DNA from: Escherichia phage KBNP1711
Sequence record: NC_023593.1
Reading direction: 5' to 3' (one strand)
Length of the DNA: 64,000 bases
In this document: one piece after another, positions 21,381 to 30,399 of the stretch
Layout: each line of letters begins with the position of its first letter
Numbering within the stretch: position 1 is the stretch's first letter
Program-made: the position numbers and the translations under genes
The notes under the pieces: model-generated
Told to the model about the DNA's origin: nothing
What the model saw: only the letters and a program-made list of their open reading frames with translations
Database searches by the model: none

Positions 21381-22022
21381 TTAAGACCCTTGGAATTCTT
21401 CTTTGTCGAAGTGCTTCTCTACCACATACTCATACAGATCTTTATACTCTGCATAACGACGGTAGAATGTACCGTGTGAGATGCCTAATTCTTTCTGAAT
21501 GGAATCGTGAGGGATACCTAAGAAGAGCATTGAGAACATGCTTGCGAGCTTCTGTGTGTCCATTGTATCACTCAAATCTTGGAAGAAGTAGAAGATACGA
21601 GATTCCATGAAAGGGTCCCCAACTGAATCATGCTTATTAACTGCATATTCCAGAGGACCTTCTGAGTAAATGTCAGGGTTGTTAAACATATCTGCTTCTG
21701 GAATAGCATAGATACGTCGATCACCAACTGTCTGTCGATTAGAACGGATAGACCAGATGATATTCTTCACACGATAGGTCATGTGCTCAATCTCTACCTC
21801 ACCTTCTAGTAGAAGCTCTTCTTGCTTGGAATAGATGAAACGCCAAGCATTAAGCAACACCTCTTGAGCTACATCCTCTGCTTCATGATAGTCACGAATG
21901 TCGTACATAAAGAATTTGTGAACCACTTTCCAGTTCACCTTATAGAACTCATCGAAGGTTGGGAAGTATTTGATTGGAATACCGTGAATACGATACCGAG
22001 TAGGTGTTGTTTTCTTAGCCAC
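21381..22022 (-). CDS. sigma-70 family (ECF-like) sigma factor-like protein
   Basis: [16 protein letters not shown] resembles sigma region 2; C-terminal HTH-like [15 protein letters not shown]. Confidence 0.55.
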   Translation of the reverse strand: MAKKTTPTRYRIHGIPIKYFPTFDEFYKVNWKVVHKFFMYDIRDYHEAEDVAQEVLLNAWRFIYSKQEELLLEGEVEIEHMTYRVKNIIWSIRSNRQTVGDRRIYAIPEADMFNNPDIYSEGPLEYAVNKHDSVGDPFMESRIFYFFQDLSDTMDTQKLASMFSMLFLGIPHDSIQKELGISHGTFYRRYAEYKDLYEYVVEKHFDKEEFQGS

Positions 22023-22052
22023 AAGTTATCCTTAACTTTGTTGGTTTTAAAT

Positions 22053-22262
22053 TTATACGCTGATCAAGTAAATAGCCGTTTCGGGGTTTGGTGTGTGTTG
22101 TTGTGGTGTTCCGAGGATACGAATCCACTCATCGTTTTCTGGTTCGTAATACAACCAAGCATCTGTGAATTTGAAAGTTTTTCCAAACACTTTGTTATCG
22201 TGTTCCCAAATTACGTGAACATTTCGAGTTCCTTGTGGTAGAACTGATTGCGCTCTAATCAT
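22053..22262 (-). CDS. hypothetical protein
   Basis: 69-aa ORF packed between neighbours. Confidence 0.35.
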   Translation of the reverse strand: MIRAQSVLPQGTRNVHVIWEHDNKVFGKTFKFTDAWLYYEPENDEWIRILGTPQQHTPNPETAIYLISV

Positions 22263-22519
22263 TGGATACCTCTTTCTTTCAGAGCCTCTATTAACCCGTT
22301 GTGGTTAGCAGCACACTCTGTGTATTGGTCTTGATACCACTCTAGTGTTGTTGATAGTGCAACACCTTGTGGACCTTCTAGCATCGGTAAATCTACCCTA
22401 CACTCAGCTTTTAGGTTTGTTGGTAAGGGCATTAATTGCCTGCTGTTGTCGCTCATTGAACAACTTGACATACTCATCACTAGCGCAAACATTATAAAAA
22501 ACTGGCTTAGTCTTTTCAT
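22259..22519 (-). CDS. lipoprotein, o-spanin candidate
   Basis: MKRLSQFFIMFALVMSMSSC signal with lipobox-like MSSC followed by Pro-containing segment; starts inside the upstream gene in another frame. Confidence 0.4.
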   Translation of the reverse strand: MKRLSQFFIMFALVMSMSSCSMSDNSRQLMPLPTNLKAECRVDLPMLEGPQGVALSTTLEWYQDQYTECAANHNGLIEALKERGIQ

Positions 22520-22754
22520 AGTGCATCTCTTTGTAAACTGTCTCAGTGTTCTTCTTCCAGTCTGATAGACCATTGAGAACTCTCATAGCAACCTCATCAG
22601 CTGCTTTGTTTCTCTCTATCTCTAATTCTTGCTGATGTTTCTCTTTGTCCAGATTGTTACTATCTGTTTGGTATTCGTTAAACTTCATACCACCAAAGAA
22701 CACAAGAGCTGAAAAGACGATGAACCCTAAGTTATCGCTTAACGTGTTTTGCAT
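22404..22754 (-). CDS. membrane-anchored coiled-coil protein, i-spanin candidate
   Basis: ATG 22754 with GGAGA RBS; one N-terminal TM segment (LGFIVFSALVFFGG) then charged helical region; overlapped by the lipoprotein ORF. Confidence 0.45.
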   Translation of the reverse strand: MQNTLSDNLGFIVFSALVFFGGMKFNEYQTDSNNLDKEKHQQELEIERNKAADEVAMRVLNGLSDWKKNTETVYKEMHYEKTKPVFYNVCASDEYVKLFNERQQQAINALTNKPKS

Positions 22755-22772
22755 ATTATCTCCAACGAAAAA

Positions 22773-22790
22773 AGCCACCCGAAGGTGGCT
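22773..22790 (-). terminator. - strand terminator after SSB gene (agccacc-cgaa-ggtggct)
   Basis: 7-bp stem with T-run on the - strand side. Confidence 0.45.
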
Positions 22791-22812
22791 AAACTATTAC
22801 AAGGAGAGATAC

Positions 22813-23553
22813 TTAGAACGGAGATTCGTCTTCTTCAAAAGTAGACTCAGGCTCACGGTCGATAGTAGGGATAGAAGCAACCGGCTCTTTCTGCTCGTTC
22901 TCAGAAGCCTTAGTGACTTCACGACCAGCGAGAGGAATGTTCTTAGCGTCATTAGCTTGGGTAAGCAGGTTACGCTGGAATGGGAAGATTACCTGGTAAG
23001 CAGCTACGTTATCATCTGTTTCAGCATACGGTTCGAAGAAGACCAAAGGACTGCGAGCAGCAGCAACAGCTTCACGATACTTGGTAGGAATCGGAGTAAT
23101 CTGTTTGATAGAATTCTTAACTTCACCAGCTTTGTTGGTGTAAGAGTTAATCAGAACGTTTACAGGCTGACCTAACAGCATTTCTTTAAACCAAGCTAAA
23201 TCACCTTTCAGTGCTTGGATGCTAGGGTCAACCATCTTAATTAGGTTGAGAATACCAGAGTTCTTAGCTCGTGGGTTTACATCGAAGCTCTTAAATTGAC
23301 ATGCAGGGCGCGGGTCAAGAGCGTTGCCTTCAGAGTCCTTACCGGTTGCATCAACACTAATCAGTTCAAACGCCAAGTCCATACGGAAAGCTGGGTTCTT
23401 AGGAGTAACTGCTTTAGTTTTAGGGTCAACCCAAGGGTCACGATTGTGAACACCAAGACCAACAACACGAACGATACGAGCTTCGTACTCACCATCAGGG
23501 ATTACGTCGTAGTTGGATTTACGGGAAACGGACATAGTTGGGATAGAAGACAT
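22813..23553 (-). CDS. single-stranded DNA-binding protein (T7 gp2.5-like)
   Basis: Acidic C-terminal tail ending EEDESPF; AAGGAA RBS. Confidence 0.6.
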   Translation of the reverse strand: MSSIPTMSVSRKSNYDVIPDGEYEARIVRVVGLGVHNRDPWVDPKTKAVTPKNPAFRMDLAFELISVDATGKDSEGNALDPRPACQFKSFDVNPRAKNSGILNLIKMVDPSIQALKGDLAWFKEMLLGQPVNVLINSYTNKAGEVKNSIKQITPIPTKYREAVAAARSPLVFFEPYAETDDNVAAYQVIFPFQRNLLTQANDAKNIPLAGREVTKASENEQKEPVASIPTIDREPESTFEEDESPF

Positions 23554-23778
23554 ATTTTAATTTCCTTATTTAATTTAAGATTGTTGCTCACTTTGAGCGG
23601 TTATGTATAGTATACATTACACCTATACCGATAAGAGTGCTATGTAGTATAAGCATCAGTGGTAGTAGATATTGACTACTAGTAATGTATATATTGTATA
23701 GATGATAATTCTATTGCAGGCTTGTATATTGGGCAATTCTCAGAATCCCTTGCAAGTACCGAAGGGCAGGAGACACCT

Positions 23779-23843
23779 GCGAGATAAAAATAGAGAATTA
23801 AGGAATCCTTGATTTAGGTTGTGGGGACTCCTAGGGACTTTGA
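23779..23843. repeat. perfect 11-bp inverted repeat AAATAGAGAAT / ATTCTCTATTT around a 43-bp core
   Basis: Read directly in the 414-bp ORF-free region upstream of the SSB gene. Confidence 0.5.
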
Positions 23844-23967
23844 TTCTCTATTTAAAAGATTAATAATTACTTACTACCTAAATAGTTAACTAACTTACTT
23901 AAACCAAATTCAATAATAATAGATAAAAAGATTATTCCTAAGAAAGCTAAGATGTAAAGAACATAAG

Positions 23968-24138
23968 TTACCATTCCATCATTCCTTTTAATCTAGATTC
24001 TTCTACTATTCGCTGATAAAGTAAGTTAGATTCAGCTTGATCTTTTAATATCTTACTATATTGATCTCTGAGACTATCTTTATAAACAACAGGTGGTTTA
24101 AATAGTGATGATACCTTGTTCTTTTCTTCTTTCATCAA
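23968..24138 (-). CDS. hypothetical small protein
   Basis: Track ORF 23968..24219 trimmed to internal Met; overlaps upstream gene end. Confidence 0.25.
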   Translation of the reverse strand: MMKEEKNKVSSLFKPPVVYKDSLRDQYSKILKDQAESNLLYQRIVEESRLKGMMEW

Positions 24139-24604
24139 AGGTCTTCCTAATCTCTTGCAGAGATACAGCTTTAAAGTTGATTTGTTCCATCGAAGTACAG
24201 AAGTATCTCCAATCATCAATCACATGATTATGAGTATGAGCATAGATGTTGAACTTCCCTCTCATTTCATCAGAGTGAATAGGAATGTGAGTTACCCAAA
24301 ACTCTTTGTACTTGAAGTCACCTGATACAGTTCTGAACACTTTCATAATCTGTGGTAATAAATCCAGCCTGTCATGGTTCCCTAAGACAAGATGTTTCTC
24401 ACCCTTAATCTCATAGATGATATCCAGTGCATATGGTTCAAACACCCAATCACCAGTAAAGAAAGTCTTATCACGTTTAGTCACATGGTCAAACGCTGAA
24501 AGAATTGCTTTGTCATGTTCTTCAATACTGCCGAACTGTTTACGAAACTTGCAGATGTTACGATGACCTAAGTGACCATCTCCTGCGAAATATACCTCAG
24601 CCAT
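24098..24604 (-). CDS. calcineurin-like metallophosphoesterase
   Basis: GDGHLGH, GDW, GNHD and HTHNH metal-binding motifs. Confidence 0.7.
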   Translation of the reverse strand: MAEVYFAGDGHLGHRNICKFRKQFGSIEEHDKAILSAFDHVTKRDKTFFTGDWVFEPYALDIIYEIKGEKHLVLGNHDRLDLLPQIMKVFRTVSGDFKYKEFWVTHIPIHSDEMRGKFNIYAHTHNHVIDDWRYFCTSMEQINFKAVSLQEIRKTFDERRKEQGIITI

Positions 24605-24613
24605 AGAGACCTC

Positions 24614-24814
24614 TTAGATAGTACAACCATCACATACGAAATCCCCGCTCAGGGATTCTTGTAATAAACGACTTTGTTCGTCAGATACTAGTTGATTAAC
24701 TACTTTCTGTAACTCCAATAGTTGATCAAAATCTATATATTGTCCTTCCTCAAGAACGTTAGTTTCAATCCCCCATAAAAGTGATGGCATGTTTCCGCTT
24801 GCATTAAAGATCAT
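24614..24814 (-). CDS. hypothetical protein
   Basis: 66-aa ORF, co-oriented and abutting neighbours. Confidence 0.35.
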   Translation of the reverse strand: MIFNASGNMPSLLWGIETNVLEEGQYIDFDQLLELQKVVNQLVSDEQSRLLQESLSGDFVCDGCTI

Positions 24815-25035
24815 AATGTAGTCCTTTGTTTATTATTAATAACATCCAACGCAGTGTAAGCTTTACCTGTTCCTAAGTATTCTAGAACTGGCGGACTCTT
24901 CTTTTCTTCAGCAACCTCAACGTAGGTTTTAACTTCACCTTTCAGAACTTCTTGAGAAGCAATAGCACTTTCTTCAGAGTGGTGTACAACAGTAATTACT
25001 TTCTTTCCAATCTTATAAGTATGAACCCAAATCAT
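24811..25035 (-). CDS. hypothetical protein
   Basis: 74-aa ORF with stop/start overlap to downstream gene. Confidence 0.35.
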   Translation of the reverse strand: MIWVHTYKIGKKVITVVHHSEESAIASQEVLKGEVKTYVEVAEEKKSPPVLEYLGTGKAYTALDVINNKQRTTL

Positions 25036-25217
25036 TTAACTTCCTCAATATCAACTAATTCAAAACTTCCTATTTCTTCAAGCTGGATAATCTCTTTAAC
25101 CTTCTCAACAGCTTTAATAGGGTTTTCTTCTTCTACAACTTTACACCCTGACACTTCAAGACTACCTGTTCCACGAAGGTATAGATTTAACTTGTAGATC
25201 ACTTTGTAATATTTCAT
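25032..25217 (-). CDS. hypothetical protein
   Basis: Track ORF 25032..25238 trimmed to internal Met. Confidence 0.3.
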   Translation of the reverse strand: MKYYKVIYKLNLYLRGTGSLEVSGCKVVEEENPIKAVEKVKEIIQLEEIGSFELVDIEEVK

Positions 25218-25407
25218 CGTATTCCCAATTTCTTTCATAATATCCAGAGTTGTAGTTTAGGGCGCATTTCTCGGCCTCTTCTATGTCATCTGTGTTTAGG
25301 ATATTAACCCAACCACCAACTTCATCAAAACCCTCTTCTTCTTCATTAAACCATACGCTGTATTTCTTCATCTTGATAAGACTCTTCCCCAATCTTTTAC
25401 ATAGCAT
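25162..25407 (-). CDS. hypothetical acidic protein
   Basis: 81-aa ORF. Confidence 0.3.
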   Translation of the reverse strand: MLCKRLGKSLIKMKKYSVWFNEEEEGFDEVGGWVNILNTDDIEEAEKCALNYNSGYYERNWEYDEILQSDLQVKSIPSWNR

Positions 25408-25543
25408 CGACCGTTAACCCACTTTGTATCTGACTTAAATTCTTGAGACAGTCTCACTTCACAATCTTCTCTACTGGCATCCCCTCCGATATCAATCAGA
25501 TACAGGAATAGGGCTATACCTAAAGCCCAAAGAATTAACTTCT

Positions 25544-25936
25544 TCATCGAATCACCAAAGGCTCATCAGAATACACAGGAGCGGCTATTTCTACAGGAGG
25601 TGCTGCTTTAAGGTCATTGAGTCTTACACCCTTTAGCATCCCATCTAGGTGGTCCATCTTGGGGATTCCAACAGGGAAGTCATCAATCCAAATATCTACA
25701 AAGAAACCAAGCTGCCGACAAACATCATCTTTCTGTACACCATTACAAAAGATAATAGGAATCTGCAAGCACTCTGCATCAATCTTAATGTCGTGGTTGT
25801 CGTACCCATTAGGCTCTGCAAAGCGATAAGTTACGAATCGTACATCATAACCCTTCGACTGCATTAATGCTACCACAGAACGCCACAGCTCTTTATCAGA
25901 GGTGTAGGTATCATCGTAATCTAAACCAATGTTCAT
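25544..25936 (-). CDS. HAD-superfamily phosphatase-like protein
   Basis: N-terminal LDYDDT (DxDxT) and later IWIDD motifs. Confidence 0.5.
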   Translation of the reverse strand: MNIGLDYDDTYTSDKELWRSVVALMQSKGYDVRFVTYRFAEPNGYDNHDIKIDAECLQIPIIFCNGVQKDDVCRQLGFFVDIWIDDFPVGIPKMDHLDGMLKGVRLNDLKAAPPVEIAAPVYSDEPLVIR

Positions 25937-25958
25937 ATCTAATCCTTAGACAAGAAAA

Positions 25959-25974
25959 GCCGCCCGAAGGCAGC
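25959..25974 (-). terminator. GC hairpin gccgcc-cgaa-ggcagc with T-run on - strand
   Basis: Intergenic between two - strand genes. Confidence 0.35.
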
Positions 25975-25982
25975 TCTTTAGT

Positions 25983-26180
25983 TTATGCTTCTTGTTCTTC
26001 TGGCTCTTCAGCATTCAGCTGTTCCAGTCGATCATTCTCAATACTCAGATCGATAACTACACCAGTGAGTTCTACTACAGCCTGACGCAGTGCATCTTTA
26101 CCCATCGAGTTAACTTGGGTCATGAAGAATGCTTTACCTTCTTCTGTGGATAGGGTTTCTTTAAGTTCAATAGGGGTCAT
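25983..26180 (-). CDS. hypothetical acidic protein
   Basis: 65-aa ORF. Confidence 0.35.
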   Translation of the reverse strand: MTPIELKETLSTEEGKAFFMTQVNSMGKDALRQAVVELTGVVIDLSIENDRLEQLNAEEPEEQEA

Positions 26181-26183
26181 TTA

Positions 26184-26348
26184 TTATCTCTCATAAATTC
26201 GGGTCACTGTACCACCCGCAGCTTCTACTTGAGCTACGAATGAATCACGCTCTTCATCTGTATAAACCAGCTCATTCAGGAACGTTCCTTCAGAGTCTTG
26301 GTACAGGATGTTCCACTTAGGCAGGGGCTTACGGATCAAGTCCATCAT
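26184..26348 (-). CDS. hypothetical small protein (54 aa)
   Basis: ATG with GGAGG RBS 7 nt upstream; translated by hand, below the track size cutoff. Confidence 0.3.
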   Translation of the reverse strand: MMDLIRKPLPKWNILYQDSEGTFLNELVYTDEERDSFVAQVEAAGGTVTRIYER

Positions 26349-26527
26349 TCTTTATCCTCCCGTTCTTTCCACAGTTGGGCTAGTTCTAAATAATACTCAG
26401 CTTCGTCAGTGCGTCCTTGTTCTTTACAGATGCTATACTGACGGAAGCACCAATCTGAAGGTTGCTCTTCCACTTCCTTGTCTCCTTGAGAAGTAATCAA
26501 TAAGACTACTTCATTTGTTTTTCCAAT

Positions 26528-26719
26528 TCACTCTTCCATTTGAGGAATCTCTAAATGCTTTATAGAGAAGTTTTTATTTGGGAAAGTCTTTATTAGCCAA
26601 GCTGCTTCTTGGATAGCTTTGTTTTCTTTCTCGTAAATACAAAGCCGAGAATCCAATGAAACAATCCTCCCGGTTTCGCTGAAGATAGCCCATGTTTTGT
26701 ATGTGTAAGTAGGTGTCAT
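26528..26719 (-). CDS. hypothetical protein
   Basis: 63-aa ORF. Confidence 0.35.
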   Translation of the reverse strand: MTPTYTYKTWAIFSETGRIVSLDSRLCIYEKENKAIQEAAWLIKTFPNKNFSIKHLEIPQMEE

Positions 26720-27091
26720 TTATTTCTCCAACACCGAGATGCTATATCTATCGTGTAAGGTTTTTCTAACCCAAGCAATGCGTTTAGGGTTTTTGTGATG
26801 AGAGCCTGTGTAACGTTCTCTGTGGTATGTGTCACAACCGAAAGGGTATACCGGGTCCTCAAACCCTTCGTGTTCAAACATATACGTCAGATCATTAAAG
26901 TCCGTATGTTTTGTGAAGAAGTAATAGCTTTTATAACAACGGTAGTTGAAACACAAACCGTGCTCAGGACTGAACCATTTTGGGTATTCGTCTGTCTGAG
27001 AGATGTTATAATACTGGAGGAGGAAATCCTCCATCCCCCTTTCTTTGGCAATACATCTTAGTGTTCGGTAAATAATGTTACTTTGTTTCAT
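26720..27091 (-). CDS. hypothetical protein
   Basis: 123-aa ORF. Confidence 0.4.
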   Translation of the reverse strand: MKQSNIIYRTLRCIAKERGMEDFLLQYYNISQTDEYPKWFSPEHGLCFNYRCYKSYYFFTKHTDFNDLTYMFEHEGFEDPVYPFGCDTYHRERYTGSHHKNPKRIAWVRKTLHDRYSISVLEK

Positions 27092-27100
27092 TGTGAATTC

Positions 27101-27586
27101 TCAATGTGTGTGATTCCAGTTTAATCCTATCTGACAATCAGATGCCAGAGGACATTCCATCTTGAGGTACTCACCAGCTTTCTTAACACAAAGCTCTGTA
27201 AGCTCTTTTAGCTTTTGTGCATCATTACGGTGAACAGAGAACTGCCCTTCATCGTGCATGTCAATAACCTTCGCACAACGAACACCATCACGCTCAATCC
27301 ACTTGTTAAGGAAAAGCATGGCATACTTCATAACAATCGCACCAGCACTCTGTAATAGGGTATTCAGTGCTTTATGAACCATTACCTTACCTGTTGCATC
27401 ACGTCTCATTGTAACACGACGACCATCAACACCCAAGATATAACCTTGAGCTGCCTTCTCTGTCATACGTTCAATAAGAATTGCAATACAAGGATTCTCT
27501 GCCAAGAAACGTGCTCTCATTACTGCACCTTCTTCAGAGCCTCCACCAACGATAGAACCGAGCTTAGCATCACCTGCCCCATCAAT
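27101..27586 (-). CDS. DNA polymerase (family A, T7 gp5-like), exon 2 / C-terminal part
   Basis: Reading frame open upstream of the track Met gives ...IDGAGDAKLGSIVGGG... then HKALNTLLQSAGAIV and HDEGQF (motif C), colinear with T7 DNA polymerase after motif B; 5' boundary approximate. Confidence 0.65.
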   Translation of the reverse strand: MDGAGDAKLGSIVGGGSEEGAVMRARFLAENPCIAILIERMTEKAAQGYILGVDGRRVTMRRDATGKVMVHKALNTLLQSAGAIVMKYAMLFLNKWIERDGVRCAKVIDMHDEGQFSVHRNDAQKLKELTELCVKKAGEYLKMECPLASDCQIGLNWNHTH

Positions 27587-28367
27587 AGTTCAAGCAAAGG
27601 CGCTACTCTTTGCTCCGTTCTCTTATGAACTGCTTACAGTTTCCTGTAAGATCGGACTATATCTTCATCTCCACCTTTACGTGCTGAGAGACAGGCGCTT
27701 CCGTAACACTTGTTACGTACTCCCTTCCGGGATAGTCTCTGAACTTTCCGTGACACAAACTTTTCTACATAGATCAATGAACTGAGCATCAGATAGTTTA
27801 CCTTTTGCATTATTCACTTCCCAAGTTACCCATTGGACATTTCCAATTTCGTAACCTTTCGAATTATCCTTCCTATCTAAAGAAAGTTTATTCGGATGTC
27901 CGCTGACGAAAGATAGTGAATCTCCTGTCAAGGCACATTTGTAGTTTTGCTGAGAAAGAAGCTCGAATAAATAGTCTTGAGTAATCGTGAACTCAAAACC
28001 CCTTTCTCTAGCTCTGTGATGGGAGTTGTGATATCTCTCACGAACCGCTCCACCCCAAGTTTGTCGATATTGTCCCATAGCAGCAGATGCTGCACTTCTG
28101 TTTCGACGTCTCCACTCATTTGAAGCAATGAGAGCACAATTTTTTACATTGACATTGCTTTCCATCTTTACTCTTAGATGAATTATGGAAACTGTCGAGT
28201 GGCTTTTCTTCGCCACAGCTTGAACATATCTTTGTCATAAACACCTCCTTGTGTTGATGTTTATGTCACGGCTTAGCTGCTGATTGGCATATCTTTCGAC
28301 TTAGCTTTCCAGCAATTCACCTGTTTTGCTTCTGCACATTTCTATGCAGTGAACCAATTATTTAGTT
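27587..28367 (-). mobile_element. intron (group I-like) carrying an HNH homing endonuclease ORF, inserted at polymerase motif B
   Basis: Polymerase frame broken by stops between ...RDNAKTFIYAF and IDGAGDAKLG...; intervening ~780 nt has its own RBS and endonuclease ORF; boundaries +/- about 10 nt. Confidence 0.55.
27713..28238 (-). CDS. intron-encoded HNH homing endonuclease with apparent frameshift
   Basis: ATG 28238 with AAGGAGGTG RBS encodes MTKICSSCGEEKPLDSFHNSSKSKDGKQCQCKK then stops; HNH domain (HNSHHRARERGFEF...DRKDNSKGYEIGNVQWVTWEVNNAK) continues in another frame after an A6 run near 28140. Confidence 0.6.
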
Positions 28368-29729
28368 AAAGGCATATATAAATGTCTTCGCATTGTCACG
28401 AGTAGGAAGACCAGCAAGTCTCTGATTATGAGAATGGATATCACCTTCTAACAGAATATCACGATACATAACAGCAGAAGCTAAACCACGTTCAGCTAAT
28501 GCTTTCTTACCAGCGTTACCTTCTGCAATTGCTTCAGCAAGCATGTCTCTACACTCTTTAATGAGGTAGTGAGCAAGCATACGAAGCTCTAATCCAGAAC
28601 CATCATAACCTAGGAAGAGTTCTCTACCAGCTGGTACATAATACTTATATAACCCTACTGGTTTGTCTTTCTTTCCGGGTTTTCCACGTTCGTAGATAAC
28701 GTTTGTATTTTTTCGTAAGTAACACCCATCAGGGATATTGTTGGTAATGATGAAAGGATAGTTATGACTATCATCTGTGGAGTAGTTAGATTGAAATAAA
28801 CTCCTACACTCGTGACCAAACAGACCGCGAGAAGGAATATTAACAACAATGCGATGTTTAAAACGAAATGTCGGAGTAGCGCAGCTATTAGCTTCCGCTG
28901 AGAGTTTACCATCTGGACGTTCCTTATCAATCAGTCCATTAATCAAGCCTAGTCTGTGAGCCGCTACAACACGTCTCTTAAGCAGACTTCCCACCTTACC
29001 TAGATCACCCTCAAGACCTTCTTCAAGAGTCTCTTCGAGGTTTGTAGGAGCTGTGGGCCACTTGTTCGAAGTAGCTAATGCTCTCTTAATTTCATCAAAG
29101 GTTACAGGTTTCTTCCTGTTAGGGTTTAAACCTAAACCAAAGACATAAGCCTTCATGTAGTTGACAGTTTTGTGACGAAAGTGCTTATCCAAGAATTTCT
29201 TGATATCAGCATCAACCATCTGAGCTGTCTGTCGCTCTTTCTCATTGCCACGCATCCAAGAGTTGTACCATTCTTGATACGTTCCACACTTACGCAAGGC
29301 TCGCTTAATCTCAAATGTGTTCCAAGGCTTCTTAGATGTATTAAATTCTGGAGGAAGAAAACCTTCATCCATCAGTGCTTCTTTAACTCGTGCATCCTTT
29401 GATGGGTCAAAGTCAACATACTCAACACAAGTAAAAGCTCCACCGATATCTTCCCTCTTTAACCCCACTCTGTCACAATATAATTGAGGCCACTTCTGAA
29501 GAGCACCAGTCTTCTTAAAGGGTTTCATGTAAGTAGAACCATCAACCCTCATCTTAGGTAACAGAGGAATCAGCTCTCTGTCGATGTTAACGATAATCTC
29601 TCTGAGAAGGTGAACATACCACCGTGCATTCCTCCGATTAAAGTTGACACCACTCTTCGCTTGCTTTGAAATTATATCAGCGACAGTCATCTCCGTTAAG
29701 AACGGAAGTACATCAGGGTTCTCCATCAC
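28368..29729 (-). CDS. DNA polymerase (family A, T7 gp5-like), exon 1: polymerase domain through motif B
   Basis: GYDGSGLELRMLAHY (motif A) and LPTRDNAKTFIYAF (motif B/O-helix) align with T7 gp5 GIDASGLELRCLAHF / LPTRDNAKTFIYGF. Confidence 0.7.
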
Positions 29730-29741
29730 CCTCTCCTTTTA

Positions 29742-30119
29742 TTATCGGTATAGTAAATCTGTAAACGCTTGGTTGTCTGCTATTACGTCCAAAGCCTCAT
29801 CCGTGCTAGGAACTTCAGTTGCTTCCACTTGGTACGCAACTTCACGTACACGGAAAGCTCTTGCAGGAACCCTAAAGTCTGCATGTCTCTCCATAACATC
29901 TTTCTGAACCTGTGCAAGCTTCATACCCCACACTTCTTCATAAAGCTCTGGATGTTTGTTACTAATAACTACATACTGACGGTGTATGGATTTTGACTCT
30001 CTGACCTTAGCTAGTAGATCATTAAATAGATCTAACTCTTCTTCTGAGAGCGCATCTACAACGTCTTCCCACTTCTCTACACAGAAGCGGTGGGCATGTC
30101 TGATAGGTAATGGCATCAC
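29742..30119 (-). CDS. hypothetical protein
   Basis: 125-aa ORF. Confidence 0.4.
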   Translation of the reverse strand: MMPLPIRHAHRFCVEKWEDVVDALSEEELDLFNDLLAKVRESKSIHRQYVVISNKHPELYEEVWGMKLAQVQKDVMERHADFRVPARAFRVREVAYQVEATEVPSTDEALDVIADNQAFTDLLYR

Positions 30120-30398
30120 TCACCCCTTAGGAAAAGGAATCAACAAATCAACTGCTGCTTGAATATCTTCTTGCACTTTAGGGTTTTTGTAAGAAACAAA
30201 ACGGCCTTTGCTGTCTCGAAGCATCACATTAGTGCGGGCAGTTTCTTTAAACATTAAGATATTTTCAGCGGCATCCCTCTCTTCCATCATACCAAAATCC
30301 ATAATATCTTCTGGAGCTGAGGCGATTTTGAGCTTGAAGGTCTGGCCTGTGCCGTTGTCGTAACGATCACTGATCTGGATAGTTTTCACCAGAGACAT
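30120..30398 (-). CDS. hypothetical protein (tandem paralog of 30400..30657)
   Basis: Shares TARTNVxLR..G.F.SYKN..V.......L.PFPKG with neighbour. Confidence 0.45.
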   Translation of the reverse strand: MSLVKTIQISDRYDNGTGQTFKLKIASAPEDIMDFGMMEERDAAENILMFKETARTNVMLRDSKGRFVSYKNPKVQEDIQAAVDLLIPFPKG

Positions 30399-30399
30399 A

